In this document: one piece after another, positions 26,215 through 36,798 of the stretch
How the letters are laid out: every line of letters begins with the position of its first letter
Numbering within the stretch: position 1 is the stretch's first letter
Assembly: GCA_048498835.1 (NCBI GenBank)
Contig: JBEHXF010000005.1
Location: 454-64,453, forward strand
Origin: Chlamydiota bacterium
GTDB lineage: Bacteria; Chlamydiota; Chlamydiia; Chlamydiales; SM23-39
DNA: 64,000 bases
Direction: 5' to 3'
Made by a program: the position numbers and the translations under genes
The notes under the pieces: generated by a model
Database searches by the model: none
Told to the model about the DNA's origin: nothing
What the model saw: only the letters and a program-made list of their open reading frames with translations

Positions 26215-27602
26215 TAAAACTCTGCATGGCCAGGGAAGCGGGGGAAGGGGATCACGTCGCGGATGTTTTCCATCCCTGTTGTGAATTGGACCAGGCGCTC
26301 AAAGCCGAGACCAAAACCTGAATGTGGAACGGAGCCATATTCGCGCAGCTCGAGATACCACCAGTAGTCTGCTCGGTTAAGTCCGTTTTCAGCGATTTTT
26401 TTCTCGAGAATATCGAGCCTCTCTTCACGCTGAGAGCCGCCGATCAGTTCTCCGATTTTGGGAACGAGAACGTCCATTGCTGCCACCGTTTTTCCATCCT
26501 CATTGCCACGCATGTAGAAAGCCTTGATATCGGCTGGGTAGTCGGTGAGAATGACCGGCTTTTTGCAGTGCTCTTCGGCGAGATAGCGTTCGTGTTCAGA
26601 TTGGAGGTCGATACCCCATTCAACTGGGAATTCGAACTTCTTCGGCGCTTTGAGGAGGATATCGACGGCCTGCGTATAGGTGAGATGGGCAAAGGGGGAG
26701 TGGGCCACGTGTTCAAGTCTCTGGATCAAGCCATTTTCGATGAACTTATCGAAGAACTCGAGATCTTCGCGGCAATGTTCAAGCACGTGCTTGAGACAGA
26801 ATTGGAGGTAGCTCTGTGCGCATTCCATGTTCGCTTTAAGGTCGGCGAAAGCCATTTCAGGCTCGATCATCCAAAACTCGGCGAGGTGTCGCGAAGTGTT
26901 TGAATTTTCAGCGCGGAACGTCGGGCCGAAAGTGTAGATGTCCGAGAGAGCAAGCGCGAGAATCTCTCCTTCGAGCTGTCCTGAGACGGTGAGGAAAGTC
27001 TCTTTGCCGAAAAAGTCTTTGGAAAAATCGACGGCCTTGTCGCGCTGATGAGGATCGAGCGTGGTGACGCGGAACATCTCTCCGCCCCCTTCGCAGTCAG
27101 AACCGGTAATGAGAGGCGTTTGGACGTAGTAAAATCCGCGCTGTTGAAAGAAGAGGTGCGTAGCGAATGCGAGAGCGCTTCTGACGCGAAGAACGGCTCC
27201 TTGCGTGTTGGTGCGTGGGCGAAGGTGTGCGATGGTGCGGAGGTACTCAAACGAATGGCGTTTTTTCTGAAGCGGATATTTTTCAGCGCTGCAGAGGCCG
27301 AGGACGCGGATCTGTTCCGCTCGGAGCTCAAGCGCTTGGTTTTTGCCAGGGCTTTCGACCAAGTTGCCAGTTGCCGTAAAGGAAGCGCCTGTCGTCAGGT
27401 CTTTAATCGTTTCAGCATAGCCTGGAAGGGTCGCATCAGCAACGATCTGCAAATTCGCAAGAGTCGAGCCATCATTTGCTTCAATAAAGGCGAATGATTT
27501 TTGATCTCGAACGGTTCGGATCCAACCGGAAACGGTCACCGATTTGCCCACGAGCTGGGCAGGATCTTTAGCTTGCAGAATCTGTTTTATCTTGGTGCGC
27601 AT
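26214..27602 (-). CDS. asnS: asparaginyl-tRNA synthetase
   Basis: [25 protein letters not shown] (OB fold) and [21 protein letters not shown] (class II motif 2 context typical of AsnRS). I chose the start at MRTKIKQ (27602); the ORF track extends to 27653. Confidence 0.9.
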   Translation of the reverse strand: MRTKIKQILQAKDPAQLVGKSVTVSGWIRTVRDQKSFAFIEANDGSTLANLQIVADATLPGYAETIKDLTTGASFTATGNLVESPGKNQALELRAEQIRVLGLCSAEKYPLQKKRHSFEYLRTIAHLRPRTNTQGAVLRVRSALAFATHLFFQQRGFYYVQTPLITGSDCEGGGEMFRVTTLDPHQRDKAVDFSKDFFGKETFLTVSGQLEGEILALALSDIYTFGPTFRAENSNTSRHLAEFWMIEPEMAFADLKANMECAQSYLQFCLKHVLEHCREDLEFFDKFIENGLIQRLEHVAHSPFAHLTYTQAVDILLKAPKKFEFPVEWGIDLQSEHERYLAEEHCKKPVILTDYPADIKAFYMRGNEDGKTVAAMDVLVPKIGELIGGSQREERLDILEKKIAENGLNRADYWWYLELREYGSVPHSGFGLGFERLVQFTTGMENIRDVIPFPRFPGHAEF

Positions 27603-28459
27603 CTTTCTTCCTTCTGTGCGAAACTCTTGAGTAGGGCGATTTCTTCTTTCCAAAGCGGCGGACCGTCTGGAGTCTCTAAATATTTAGGTAAATGGCGAGT
27701 GCGGGGATCGGTCATTAAAAACTGAAAACAGTCGATGCCGATTTTTCCCTTTCCAAGCGCGGCATGGCGATCGACGCGGCTGCCAAAATCTTTCAACGAA
27801 TCATTGAGGTGGAATGCGGAGAGGTACTCAAGTCCAACAATGCGATCGAATTCTTTTAAAGTATTGTCGCAATCGGCTGCTGTTCGTACATCGTAGCCCG
27901 CTGCGAAGATGTGGCAGGTGTCGATGCAAACGCCAATCGGCAGCTTCCCTTTCACGCCTTGTAAAATAGCAGCTAAGTGCTCAAAACGATGCCCGACACT
28001 CGATCCTTGTCCCGCGGTTGCTTCCAATAAGATTTTGGTGCGTCCCTCTTGAGCGAGCGATTCGAGCTCGAGAAGGCTGGCGATGATGGTTTCGATGCAT
28101 TGTTCAATCGTCCCAGATGTATGGGCACCGGGGTGGAAGTTGAGATAGGGGATGTTAAAGGCGTGGCAGCGCTTCCATTCTTCAGCAAAGGCTTTGCGGC
28201 TCTTGCGCAAGATCTCAGGATCGGGCGAGCCCAAATTGATTAAATAAGAGTCGTGACTCATCACTTGTTCAATCCCAGTCTCCGCTAAGGCTTTATTCCA
28301 AAGAGCGATTTCTTCAGGGCCGATTGTCCGGCCATTCCATTGTTTTTGATTACTGGTAAAAAGTTGAATCGTGGTAGCACCGATCTCTCGCCCCTCATAA
28401 AGAGCGTTGTGAGCTCCACCTGCGGCGGAAGTGTGAGCACCTATCCAGCATTTCGACAT
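27587..28459 (-). CDS. nfo: endonuclease IV
   Basis: [11 protein letters not shown]-terminus, FHPGAH, LLE.TAGQG, CIDTCH..AAGYD and HLND are Nfo/AP endonuclease 2 motifs. Confidence 0.9.
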   Translation of the reverse strand: MSKCWIGAHTSAAGGAHNALYEGREIGATTIQLFTSNQKQWNGRTIGPEEIALWNKALAETGIEQVMSHDSYLINLGSPDPEILRKSRKAFAEEWKRCHAFNIPYLNFHPGAHTSGTIEQCIETIIASLLELESLAQEGRTKILLEATAGQGSSVGHRFEHLAAILQGVKGKLPIGVCIDTCHIFAAGYDVRTAADCDNTLKEFDRIVGLEYLSAFHLNDSLKDFGSRVDRHAALGKGKIGIDCFQFLMTDPRTRHLPKYLETPDGPPLWKEEIALLKSFAQKEERCAPR

Positions 28460-28481
28460 AAGATCCCTGCAAAAAATGACT

Positions 28482-28979
28482 CTATTTTAGACTCCGGAAG
28501 GCGAGAAACAAAGCAAAAACAGCTAAGGTAGCTTTTGATAGTGATTTAAGTCGTTGGTTATAAGCGCTTTGTCGTAATAATTTAGGATGAAGACAGCGAC
28601 CGATTAAGCAGTAAGTCCTTGCTATTCTATTGTCTTCATTTTGACACTCTAGCTCTTGTTCGACCTTTTTTCTCAGCTCTTCTAATTTTCGGATTTCTTT
28701 TTGTCGCCCCCTTTTATTCAATACGGGCAATTTTAGAAGAGAAGTTTGAATTTGGACTTTTTCTTCTGTAGTCATTTGGGAGAAGCAAGATTCGAGATTT
28801 TGTCCGGCCCAAAATCGGTGGAAAAAATGGCCGCAAAAGGAATGGATCGATACTTGCTGATTTTGAGGGAGAGAAGAAAATGATTTCAAGTTTGCAGAAA
28901 AAACAGCGGATAGAAAAGAGTCTTGGATCGAGCTCATAAATTGGGAAAAAAGAGTAATCGGTGAAATATTTTCTTCCAA
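28482..28979 (-). CDS. hypothetical tail-anchored protein
   Basis: 165-codon ORF whose only hydrophobic segment is at the extreme C-terminus (ATLAVFALFLAF). Confidence 0.45.
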   Translation of the reverse strand: MEENISPITLFSQFMSSIQDSFLSAVFSANLKSFSSLPQNQQVSIHSFCGHFFHRFWAGQNLESCFSQMTTEEKVQIQTSLLKLPVLNKRGRQKEIRKLEELRKKVEQELECQNEDNRIARTYCLIGRCLHPKLLRQSAYNQRLKSLSKATLAVFALFLAFRSLK

Positions 28980-28997
28980 GACTTATGATGTCACGTT

Positions 28998-30527
28998 ATG
29001 GATAGCGCTCAATCGATTCTCCGATCAGCCAAACATTTTTTTGTGGGCACATTATTCAGTCGCTTCAGCGGTCTCATGCGCGATATCACCATGGCCTTTT
29101 GTTTTGGAAGCGGACCGGCGATTGCCGGTTTTATGGTCTCTTATCGCCTAGCCAATCTTTTTCGAAGGCTTCTCGGCGAAGGAAACGTGGCCGCGGGCTT
29201 TGTTCCTCTGTTCGAGCATCATCGAGGAGAAAATCAACGCTCCGCTGCACTTTTTTATCGCGATGTGGCTTGGTCCATGGCGCTGCTCGCTATCGCTGTA
29301 GTGGTCGGTTTAGAGCTCATTCTTTGGGTATTGAAAAATCAAGTAAGCGAAAATTGGCTAGAAATTGTAGAACTTGCCATGTGGATGGGGCCGGGTCTTC
29401 TCTTTTTATGTCTTTTCTCTCTTCATGCAGCTCTTCTCCAGTGTCAGAAAAAAGCTTTTTGGCCAGGTTTTGCCCCAGTTGCTTTTAATTTCGCCTGGAT
29501 TTTCGCCGCGCTCCTTTCTGCCCAGACAGCTCAACCGATGCACTGGCTTGCACTAGGAGTGACAGCCGCATGCGCGATGCAGTGGCTTCTCACAGGTTGG
29601 CAAGTGAGAAAAGAACTCGATTTCGATTCCTCCTGGTTTAAACCGCGTCTCTTCACGCCTGAATGGCGCGCCATGCTTCGCCCAATGGCACTTGGACTGA
29701 TCGGAGTGGGTGCGATGCAGATCAATAGCGCTCTCGATGCGATTTTTGCCCGTATTGCCGATCCATCTGGCCCGGCCTTCCTCTGGTATGCGATTCGGAT
29801 CCAGCAGTTGCCGCTCGCTCTGTTCGGTATTGCCCTTTCAGGAGCTCTCCTGCCTCCTCTTTCGCGCGCTATGCGAGAAGGAGATCTCGATCGATACAGA
29901 CAGTTGCTTCAAAGTGGTTTAAAACACGTCTTGGCTTTGATGGTCCCTTGCACCTTTGGCTTATTCGCCCTAGGTCGCCCCGGCCTCAATCTCCTCTACG
30001 GTCATGGCGATTTTACCCCAGCCGATGTTGAAGCTACTCTAGAATGTTTATGGGCCTACGGTCTTGGTTTGATCCCGGCAGTCCTAGTCCTCATCTTAGC
30101 CCAAGGATTTTACGCGAAAAAATCCTACACTCTGCCGACCTACGCCTCTCTGTTTGCAGTAGCCGTCAATGTCGCTCTGAATGCTTGGCTCGTTTTCGGT
30201 CTCCATTGGGGGGCAACCAGTATTGCAATTGCGACAAGTTTCAGCTCAATGGCCAATTACCATCTTCTGTCACGCGCTTTAGAACTTCCTTCTTTATTGA
30301 AAGATTCTCTTTTTTGGCGTTTGACTTTGGCTTGTAGCTTTGGTGCAGCTCTTTCGATGGGATTTCAGTCCCTTTGGCCCATTGATCCTCGCGGCTTATT
30401 CTTGCAAGCAGCGCAATTTGGGTGTAGCGCAATGGTGTATGGAGCTGTTCTCTTGGGAGCGGCCTTCTTTCTCAAGATTGAGCCTCTATTAGACCTCTTG
30501 CCTCTCCGCCGCCAAGCCAAATCTTAG
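28998..30527 (+). CDS. murJ: lipid II flippase MurJ (MviN)
   Basis: FFVGTLFSRFSGLMRDITMAFCFG N-terminal signature and a polytopic profile of about 510 aa. Confidence 0.9.
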   Translation: MDSAQSILRSAKHFFVGTLFSRFSGLMRDITMAFCFGSGPAIAGFMVSYRLANLFRRLLGEGNVAAGFVPLFEHHRGENQRSAALFYRDVAWSMALLAIAVVVGLELILWVLKNQVSENWLEIVELAMWMGPGLLFLCLFSLHAALLQCQKKAFWPGFAPVAFNFAWIFAALLSAQTAQPMHWLALGVTAACAMQWLLTGWQVRKELDFDSSWFKPRLFTPEWRAMLRPMALGLIGVGAMQINSALDAIFARIADPSGPAFLWYAIRIQQLPLALFGIALSGALLPPLSRAMREGDLDRYRQLLQSGLKHVLALMVPCTFGLFALGRPGLNLLYGHGDFTPADVEATLECLWAYGLGLIPAVLVLILAQGFYAKKSYTLPTYASLFAVAVNVALNAWLVFGLHWGATSIAIATSFSSMANYHLLSRALELPSLLKDSLFWRLTLACSFGAALSMGFQSLWPIDPRGLFLQAAQFGCSAMVYGAVLLGAAFFLKIEPLLDLLPLRRQAKS

Positions 30528-30556
30528 GGGGTTTTGTAGTGCTGAAGAAAGGCAAT

Positions 30557-30594
30557 CACAGAGCTGCACAGAGTTAAGATCGAGTTACACAGAG
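30557..30594. repeat. three CACAGAG heptamers downstream of murJ (same motif family as 19629..19677)
   Basis: cacagag at 30557..30563, 30567..30573 and 30588..30594. The context atcacagag-N3-cacagag and (t)acacagagaaaa is shared with the 19.6-kb locus. Confidence 0.6.
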
Positions 30595-30655
30595 AAAAAA
30601 TCGATTTCCTCTCTCTCCACGGTGATTATCTTTTCCCGCTAATACCAACCCTTTC

Positions 30656-31438
30656 TTAGACTTTCATTTCATGACCGGAAAGATCGGAATGGGCAGCTGT
30701 TCCACTTCTCAGAAAAAGATCTTTCATGAAAGCGATTTCCGCATCGCACAGGCTTTGTAAGGTTCTATTTCGATCTTGAGGATTGTGAGTGCGAAGATAG
30801 GTTCCCTTTATGTTTTTCAGCCTTGCTTTGATGTATGAGCAATCTAGTTGGTTTAATCGCTGTGATAAAGTCTCGTCTTGGTTGGATTGTCGGACCGCTT
30901 CTGCAATGCATGCAACAACAAGTAGATCTGCCGGATGGCCACTTTTAAAATCTTTTCTTTTGTATAAGTGAGTAATTATGGGAATGGCTACTTCCCAGAT
31001 GCTTTTTTGCTGTAAGAAATGGGCCTTTTCTTTTTCATCTACATGGCTCAGGTTCTCTTCATACTTTTGAGGAAAATCCACTGTGTCATCTTCATTTGTG
31101 GCGAGCCAGAGAGCCTTAGTGGCAAAGTGCAATTCGACCCACCAGCAGATTGATTTTGTTGGTTGAAAGAATGTAAATTCCGGATCTTTTAATAAGCATA
31201 GAAAGAGGATTTCTGAAAATTCTTTTTTCAAACCCAGTTGCTGCATCTTTTCGTTTGTAAAGGAAAATTCGCTTTTGGGTAAAATTCCCTTCTCTATCAG
31301 AAAATTAAAATCCCCTTGTTCGGCAGCTTCTTGAGGACTTCCTAATGGGGCAGCTACGCGAGGTGCAGCTAATGAATTTATGGGATGGATAGTCATGATC
31401 GTTCCTGTGTAAAATGAGCGGACAGGATAGAAGGTCAA
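30656..31438 (-). CDS. hypothetical protein
   Basis: 260-codon ORF with no motif recognised. A possible later start is MTIHPINS. Confidence 0.5.
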   Translation of the reverse strand: MTFYPVRSFYTGTIMTIHPINSLAAPRVAAPLGSPQEAAEQGDFNFLIEKGILPKSEFSFTNEKMQQLGLKKEFSEILFLCLLKDPEFTFFQPTKSICWWVELHFATKALWLATNEDDTVDFPQKYEENLSHVDEKEKAHFLQQKSIWEVAIPIITHLYKRKDFKSGHPADLLVVACIAEAVRQSNQDETLSQRLNQLDCSYIKARLKNIKGTYLRTHNPQDRNRTLQSLCDAEIAFMKDLFLRSGTAAHSDLSGHEMKV

Positions 31439-31496
31439 AGATTTTTTTGAAAAGAAAAAAGACGGGAGCGAGTAGCTCCCGTCGAACGGGTGATCC

Positions 31497-32117
31497 TTAC
31501 GACGTGTGCGAGAGGAATTCGCAGACGAGAGGGATGTTGATGGGGAGAGCGAGAGGAACTTGGTCCATCTGAGGAGATGCGAGGAGTTTACCTGCGAAAT
31601 TGTCTCCTTCGAGAGAGAAGTAGCCTGGGATCTCGCGGTTTACGTTCTCTTGCGCTTGAATGATCGCTTTCATCTGGCGCGAAGCAGGCTTGATCGAAAC
31701 GACCATGCCAGGGCGGACGAGGAAAGAGCGACGGTCTACTTTTTTGCCATCGACTTGAATGTGTCCATGGGAAACGAGCTGTTGGGCGCCGAAGATCGAG
31801 TTAGCGAAGCGGAGGCGGTAGACGACGTTGTCTAAGCGGCACTCGAGCATTTCTGTGAGGAGTTGCGCAGTATTCCCTTTTTGCTGGAGGGCTTTGCGGT
31901 AGGTGTTGACGAGTTGCTTTTGCGAGAGCATGCCGTAAACTGCTTTCAGTTTTTGGCGCTCATCGAGCTGCATACCAAAGTCTGATTTCTTCTTCCGCTT
32001 GGCGCCGTGTTGGCCAGGAGGGTTTTGTTTGTGGAGCATCGGATTGCGCGCTTTGCCGAAAATGTTAGCGGCGAATCGTCGTGCGACGCGGTTCTTAGGT
32101 CCTCTATAACGAGCCAT
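31497..32117 (-). CDS. rpsD: 30S ribosomal protein S4
   Basis: MARYRGPKNRVARRF start, with the ATG at 32117. The ORF track extends to 32216 through non-homologous sequence. Confidence 0.9.
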   Translation of the reverse strand: MARYRGPKNRVARRFAANIFGKARNPMLHKQNPPGQHGAKRKKKSDFGMQLDERQKLKAVYGMLSQKQLVNTYRKALQQKGNTAQLLTEMLECRLDNVVYRLRFANSIFGAQQLVSHGHIQVDGKKVDRRSFLVRPGMVVSIKPASRQMKAIIQAQENVNREIPGYFSLEGDNFAGKLLASPQMDQVPLALPINIPLVCEFLSHTS

Positions 32118-32274
32118 TGTTTCTCCGGTAGATAAGAGTATTAAAAGTTCAAAGCATAGTAGTCTATCTGAGGATCGATTTTTTGAACAAGAGCGAAATG
32201 GAGAAAATGGAGCCAATTAAAAAATTACTTGGGTTGATTTTTGATCGCCGTTTCGTCTATACTCGGACCCTATT

Positions 32275-33219
32275 ATGGAATATTGGGTTCTTGCATTTTA
32301 CATCCTCCACCGCATCGACGATCCTCAAGCTGAGGTGGCTCGTCATAAAGATTTTTTTTCAACTCGTGATCTCAAAAGTCGTCTTTACATCTCCGAACAG
32401 GGGATCAACGGCCAGATGAGCGGCTCTCCCGCTCACGCCCAAGAGTATATGGACTGGTTGAAGGGAGACCCCCGCTTCGCGGCCGTTTCCTTTAAAATTC
32501 ACACCCACCCTGAGCATGCTTTCCCAAAGGCCACCATCAAGTACCGCAAACAGCTCGTCGCGATCGATTGCGAGGTCGATCTCTCCCTGACCGGCGAGCA
32601 TGTGAAGCCCCAAGAGTGGAGTCGGATGCTCGAGCAAAAGGACGAAGATACGATCGTTTTGGACGTCCGAAATGACTACGAATGGGAAGTGGGTCGATTT
32701 AAAGGGGCTGAATTACCTCCTTTGGAGACGTTCCGCGAATTCCCTCAATATGCAAAGGAATTGAAGGGGCAACGCGATCCGAAGAAGACCAAAGTGATGA
32801 TGTATTGCACCGGCGGCATCCGTTGCGAATTTTACTCGGCTTTGATGAAGCAAGAGGGATTTGAAAAGGTCTATCAGCTCGACGGTGGCGTCATTCAATA
32901 TGGAATGGATGAGGGGCAAAAAGATTGGGAAGGGAAACTCTTCGTCTTCGATGATCGGCTCGTGGTTCCCATCAGCGATGAAGAAGCACCTCCCATCAGC
33001 GTCTGCCGCTATTGCCAATCTTCCATCGATATCTACTACAATTGCGCCAATATGGATTGCAATGAGCTCTTCGTCTGCTGCCCCGATTGCTTGAAAAAGA
33101 AAAAAGGATGTTGCTGTGACGCTTGTCAAGAAGGACGCGTCCGGCCCATTGACGAAAACGGAAGTTCTAAACCGTTCCGCAAAGTCGATCACCAACAAAA
33201 AATGGCGTGGCGCAATTAG
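32275..33219 (+). CDS. trhO: rhodanese-domain tRNA uridine(34) hydroxylase (YceA/TrhO family)
   Basis: ISEQGINGQ, DVRNDYEWEVGRFKGA, MYCTGGIRCE (rhodanese active-site loop) and a Cys-rich C-terminus. Confidence 0.8.
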   Translation: MEYWVLAFYILHRIDDPQAEVARHKDFFSTRDLKSRLYISEQGINGQMSGSPAHAQEYMDWLKGDPRFAAVSFKIHTHPEHAFPKATIKYRKQLVAIDCEVDLSLTGEHVKPQEWSRMLEQKDEDTIVLDVRNDYEWEVGRFKGAELPPLETFREFPQYAKELKGQRDPKKTKVMMYCTGGIRCEFYSALMKQEGFEKVYQLDGGVIQYGMDEGQKDWEGKLFVFDDRLVVPISDEEAPPISVCRYCQSSIDIYYNCANMDCNELFVCCPDCLKKKKGCCCDACQEGRVRPIDENGSSKPFRKVDHQQKMAWRN

Positions 33220-35687
33220 TTTATAAATTAGAAGTCAAAGAACCCTTGTCTCTTCAATTGAAGTTAGAAGAACAAGGTTCGCGCCGCATTCTTTATCTCG
33301 ATACGCTCAAAACCCTCTCTACTCCCAAAGACGCTCCTGCGCTTCAGCTCCTGACTAAGCTCCATTTAAAAGCCAATGGCGGACGGGGCACGGATACACT
33401 CTCGTTTCAAACCATAACGCTCCCACTAACTGAGTCGATTCAAGCGATTCGCTCAATGGCGTCAACCGAACGTCTCTTGTTTCAATCAAAGCCCCTTCGT
33501 CTTGCTGCAAAAAAAGAAAAGATCTATTGGCGGGGAGAGAAACTGGGGATGCTCGAGGCCTTTTTGAAAGAGGTGAAATTAGAAGCGGTCGATGTCGTCA
33601 TGCCGGGCTGGGCGATTTTACAGGGCGAGTGGATCGAGTTAGAAGCAACTGTACCTTGGAAATGGATCGAGTTATTCCGTAAAGGAGCGCTCCTTTTGCA
33701 AGGAGCTCAATTGAAGAATTTTCTCGAAGAAGAGCCTCCCATCCTCTGGAAAGAGAAGATTGAAGCACCTCTCCAAGTCTTTCCACAGCTCGTTTTAACC
33801 GATATGACAGGCTGTTTTGCTAACTTATGGATGAATTATCCCGGAGTGGGACGGGTTGCATTTGAGGATTTAGCTCCCCATGTAGGTGGGAGATCTCGTT
33901 TAAAAGCAGATGAGTTGCAATGGGAAAAAGATCTCGTTGAAGCTGGGTTTACGCGAAAAGCTGTCGGCGGATCGCGCTACTACTGTCCAGGTGAAAAGGT
34001 GCGCGATACGATTCGCTTTTTACTGGAGCTCGGCTGGACTTGTTTCGATGGGCAAGGACGCAAAATCATGCGGCAAGAATCTTGCGAGATCAAAGTGGGA
34101 GAAGATTTCGCAGTGAGAGGCGCTATCCGTTTTCAAGAGCGAGAAGGTTCATTGAAGAGCGCGATGCAAGTCGCGCGTCACAGTGGTCTTTTTTTAGAAC
34201 TCGATTCAGACAGCGTTGGACTTTTAGATCTCAAGTCGATTCCCCTCATTGAGGGCGAATGGGAAGGAGAAACGCTCCGCGTTCCAAAAATGCGCATCGG
34301 CGAATTGATGAGGCCAGAAATTGAGTGGGAAGCGTCAGTACGGAGTGCAGTCGATGCCCTCCAGGCTGGCAGGGGAGTAGAGCCTGTCTTAATAGATGAG
34401 AGATTTCAGGGTCAGCTTCTTCCCTACCAACAAGAGGGAGTAGAATGGCTTCACTTTCTTCATAAATGGGGCTTTGGCGCTCTCCTTTCAGACGAGATGG
34501 GACTGGGTAAAACCGTCCAGGTGCTGGCATTTTTTTCCCAGCTCCGGACAAATTTGCCGATCTTGATTGTCGCCCCCACCTCTCTTCTCTTCAATTGGCA
34601 ACGGGAAATCGCCCGTTTTTGGCCTGAGGCGAAGGTCTATGTCCATAGCGGCTCTGCCAGAGCATTTCGACGGGAACAAGTTATACTCACTTCCTATGCG
34701 TTGCTGAGGCTCGATCAAGAATTATTCCAGCAATTTGAATATGAAGCAGTTGCGCTCGATGAGGCGCAGGCGATCAAGACGGCGACTTCGCAAGCGGCGA
34801 TTGCAGCTTGTCGATTGAAGAGCCGCTTTAAAATCTCCGTCACGGGAACACCTGTTGAAAATAGACCGGAAGAGCTCTGGTCGCAATTTCGCTTTTTTGC
34901 CCCCGATGTATTGGGAGAGCGAAGCGACTTTTCTCGATTAGAGCCGGCCCTGATCCGCAAGCGGATTAAGCCGTTCGTACTCAGGCGGAAAAAAAGCGAT
35001 GTGCAACTCCAGCTGCCCGAAAAGATCGAGCACCCTGTCTGGATTGAGATGACCGAAGAACAACAAAGACTCTACGATGAGACTTTAGCGCGATTTAAGA
35101 ATCATCGCTCCGAGAAAATGGAGGAGATCTTAGAGGTCATTTTGCGCCTCAGGCAGATCTGCGCCGATCCGAGATTAGTGGGAGGGGTGCTGCGCGGCGG
35201 CAAAATGGAACAGCTACTCATAGATATCGAATCGCTGGTTGCAGAGGGAAAAAAGGTATTGGTATTCAGTCAGTTCACCTCCGTTTTGCGTTTGATCGAA
35301 GCTGAGTTAACCGAACCTTTATATTTAGACGGTTCGACTCCCGCAGAAGAACGGGCAAAGTTGGTCGATCGGTTTCAGAATGAAGAAAAGCCGCACGTCT
35401 TCTTGTTGAGCCTTAAGGCTGGAGGCGTAGGATTGAATTTAACGGCGGCGGAGAGTGTGATCTTATTCGATCCATGGTGGAACGAAGCGGTTGAGCGACA
35501 GGCGATCGATCGGGCGCACCGCATTGGCCAGAGGAGAGCGCTTCTGGTGCAGCGGTATTTGACGCCCGGTTCGATCGAGGAGAAGATATTGACGCTCAAA
35601 GCCAAAAAGACAACATCTGCCCAAGAACTGTTGGGAGACGAAACCCTTAGCTGGACAGCGGAGGATTTGCTTCATCTTCTGACTTAG
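33207..35687 (+). CDS. SNF2-family helicase/ATPase with about 400-aa N-terminal extension
   Basis: LLPYQQEGVEWL, DEMGLGKTVQ (motif I), LDEAQAIK (motif II), C-terminal LLSLKAGGVGLNLT and QAIDRAHRIGQ. GTG start overlaps trhO. Confidence 0.85.
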   Translation: MAQLVYKLEVKEPLSLQLKLEEQGSRRILYLDTLKTLSTPKDAPALQLLTKLHLKANGGRGTDTLSFQTITLPLTESIQAIRSMASTERLLFQSKPLRLAAKKEKIYWRGEKLGMLEAFLKEVKLEAVDVVMPGWAILQGEWIELEATVPWKWIELFRKGALLLQGAQLKNFLEEEPPILWKEKIEAPLQVFPQLVLTDMTGCFANLWMNYPGVGRVAFEDLAPHVGGRSRLKADELQWEKDLVEAGFTRKAVGGSRYYCPGEKVRDTIRFLLELGWTCFDGQGRKIMRQESCEIKVGEDFAVRGAIRFQEREGSLKSAMQVARHSGLFLELDSDSVGLLDLKSIPLIEGEWEGETLRVPKMRIGELMRPEIEWEASVRSAVDALQAGRGVEPVLIDERFQGQLLPYQQEGVEWLHFLHKWGFGALLSDEMGLGKTVQVLAFFSQLRTNLPILIVAPTSLLFNWQREIARFWPEAKVYVHSGSARAFRREQVILTSYALLRLDQELFQQFEYEAVALDEAQAIKTATSQAAIAACRLKSRFKISVTGTPVENRPEELWSQFRFFAPDVLGERSDFSRLEPALIRKRIKPFVLRRKKSDVQLQLPEKIEHPVWIEMTEEQQRLYDETLARFKNHRSEKMEEILEVILRLRQICADPRLVGGVLRGGKMEQLLIDIESLVAEGKKVLVFSQFTSVLRLIEAELTEPLYLDGSTPAEERAKLVDRFQNEEKPHVFLLSLKAGGVGLNLTAAESVILFDPWWNEAVERQAIDRAHRIGQRRALLVQRYLTPGSIEEKILTLKAKKTTSAQELLGDETLSWTAEDLLHLLT

Positions 35688-35859
35688 AGTTCTTTTTATC
35701 GGTTTCCAGCATCTCTAATGCAGCCGCTTTCAAGGTCTTCAAGCCTTCTGCAAAGCCAAGCGCTCTCGTCAATTTCTCTAAGTACTGAATCTCAGCGGCT
35801 AATTGATCGTTAATCGTTTCTAATTTGGCGATCTTATTGATTAGGTCTCGGTGTTTCAT
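35647..35859 (-). CDS. hypothetical small coiled-coil protein
   Basis: The ATG at 35859 is preceded by ggagg (MKHRDLINKIAKLETINDQLAAEIQYLEKL...). It overlaps the SNF2 3' end by about 40 nt. Confidence 0.45.
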   Translation of the reverse strand: MKHRDLINKIAKLETINDQLAAEIQYLEKLTRALGFAEGLKTLKAAALEMLETDKKNSKSEDEANPPLSS

Positions 35860-35935
35860 AACGCCTCCTTCATCCTTTGGCGATGAAATAAGGTGCAAGA
35901 ACCGTGCCAAAAAAAAAGAGAAGTCCCCTAGAAAG

Positions 35936-36166
35936 CCCCGAACCCCTTTTATTTTGCAGGGCTTCCCTGCATCGTTCTATCGTTGAATTCGCTTTACCGT
36001 TCTAAAGCTCTATATCGTGGGCTCATGTACATAAGCCTAAAGTAACGATAACGCCACGAGACGTGGCTAACAATGACGCTCGCGAAACGCGAGCTAACGA
36101 TATAACGTCGGGGAGGCCCCGAACCCCCTTTTATTTTGCAGGGCTTCCCTTCATCGTTCTATCGTT
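35936..36166. repeat. about 230-bp hairpin-rich dispersed repeat, copy 2 (A-core-A architecture)
   Basis: An about 50-nt module ccccgaacccc(c)ttttattttgcagggcttccct(g/t)catcgttctatcgtt occurs at both ends (35936..35984 and 36117..36166). These flank the hairpin core shared with 21574..21803. Confidence 0.8.
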
Positions 36167-36372
36167 GAAGCAGCCAGTGGTTTTCGGGTTAGCACGAGGG
36201 GTGGTATTTGTTTATGTTATCTTTTTTTCTTGAATGAAAAGGGGGACACCAACGAAGCTGGAAGAGAACATTGTTGGAATGGTGTGTCTCGAAGCTCTTT
36301 TCTTTTTCTATGCGCGATCTTTATAATGAGATTTTCCATTTCAACAGAGACAGTTACAAAAGGATTTCCTCT

Positions 36373-36765
36373 ATGAAAATACATTCGTTAAGCAAACTTC
36401 TTTTAGCTGGCGGCGCTTTGTGTTTCGCCTGCGCATGCCAACCAAAAGTTCAACCTATCACGCCTCCTGTCGCTCCTCCTCAGTCTTATGAGTCGGAGGG
36501 GTGTACCGATCAAGATGAATGTAGCGAAGGCGCATCTATTGAAGCGATCCAAGATGAAAAAACGGCTCCGACTGTTGAGTCGACACCCGCTGTAGAAGCC
36601 CCAGCAGAAAAATCAGCTGCTGTAGAGTCGGTCACTCCCGCTCCAACTGCAGATGCAGCTCCTGCTCAAGAAGCAGATTCAGCTAAAGCAGAACCAGTAG
36701 CTCCTGCAGCTCCTGAAGAGACTGTTTCTACTCCAGCTCCAGTAGAAACTCCAGTCCAAATCTAA
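36373..36765 (+). CDS. putative lipoprotein with Pro/Ala/Glu-rich low-complexity tail
   Basis: MKIHSLSKLLLAGGALCFACAC leader with Cys candidates, followed by an AP..VE-rich sequence. The ORF track starts at 36271. Confidence 0.55.
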   Translation: MKIHSLSKLLLAGGALCFACACQPKVQPITPPVAPPQSYESEGCTDQDECSEGASIEAIQDEKTAPTVESTPAVEAPAEKSAAVESVTPAPTADAAPAQEADSAKAEPVAPAAPEETVSTPAPVETPVQI

Positions 36766-36768
36766 TAG

Positions 36769-36798
36769 AAGCGGGGAATCTTCCCCGCTTTTATTTTT
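36769..36798. terminator. bidirectional rho-independent terminator
   Basis: Stem aagcgggga / tccccgctt with loop atct, followed by ttatttttc. It sits between convergent genes. Confidence 0.7.
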
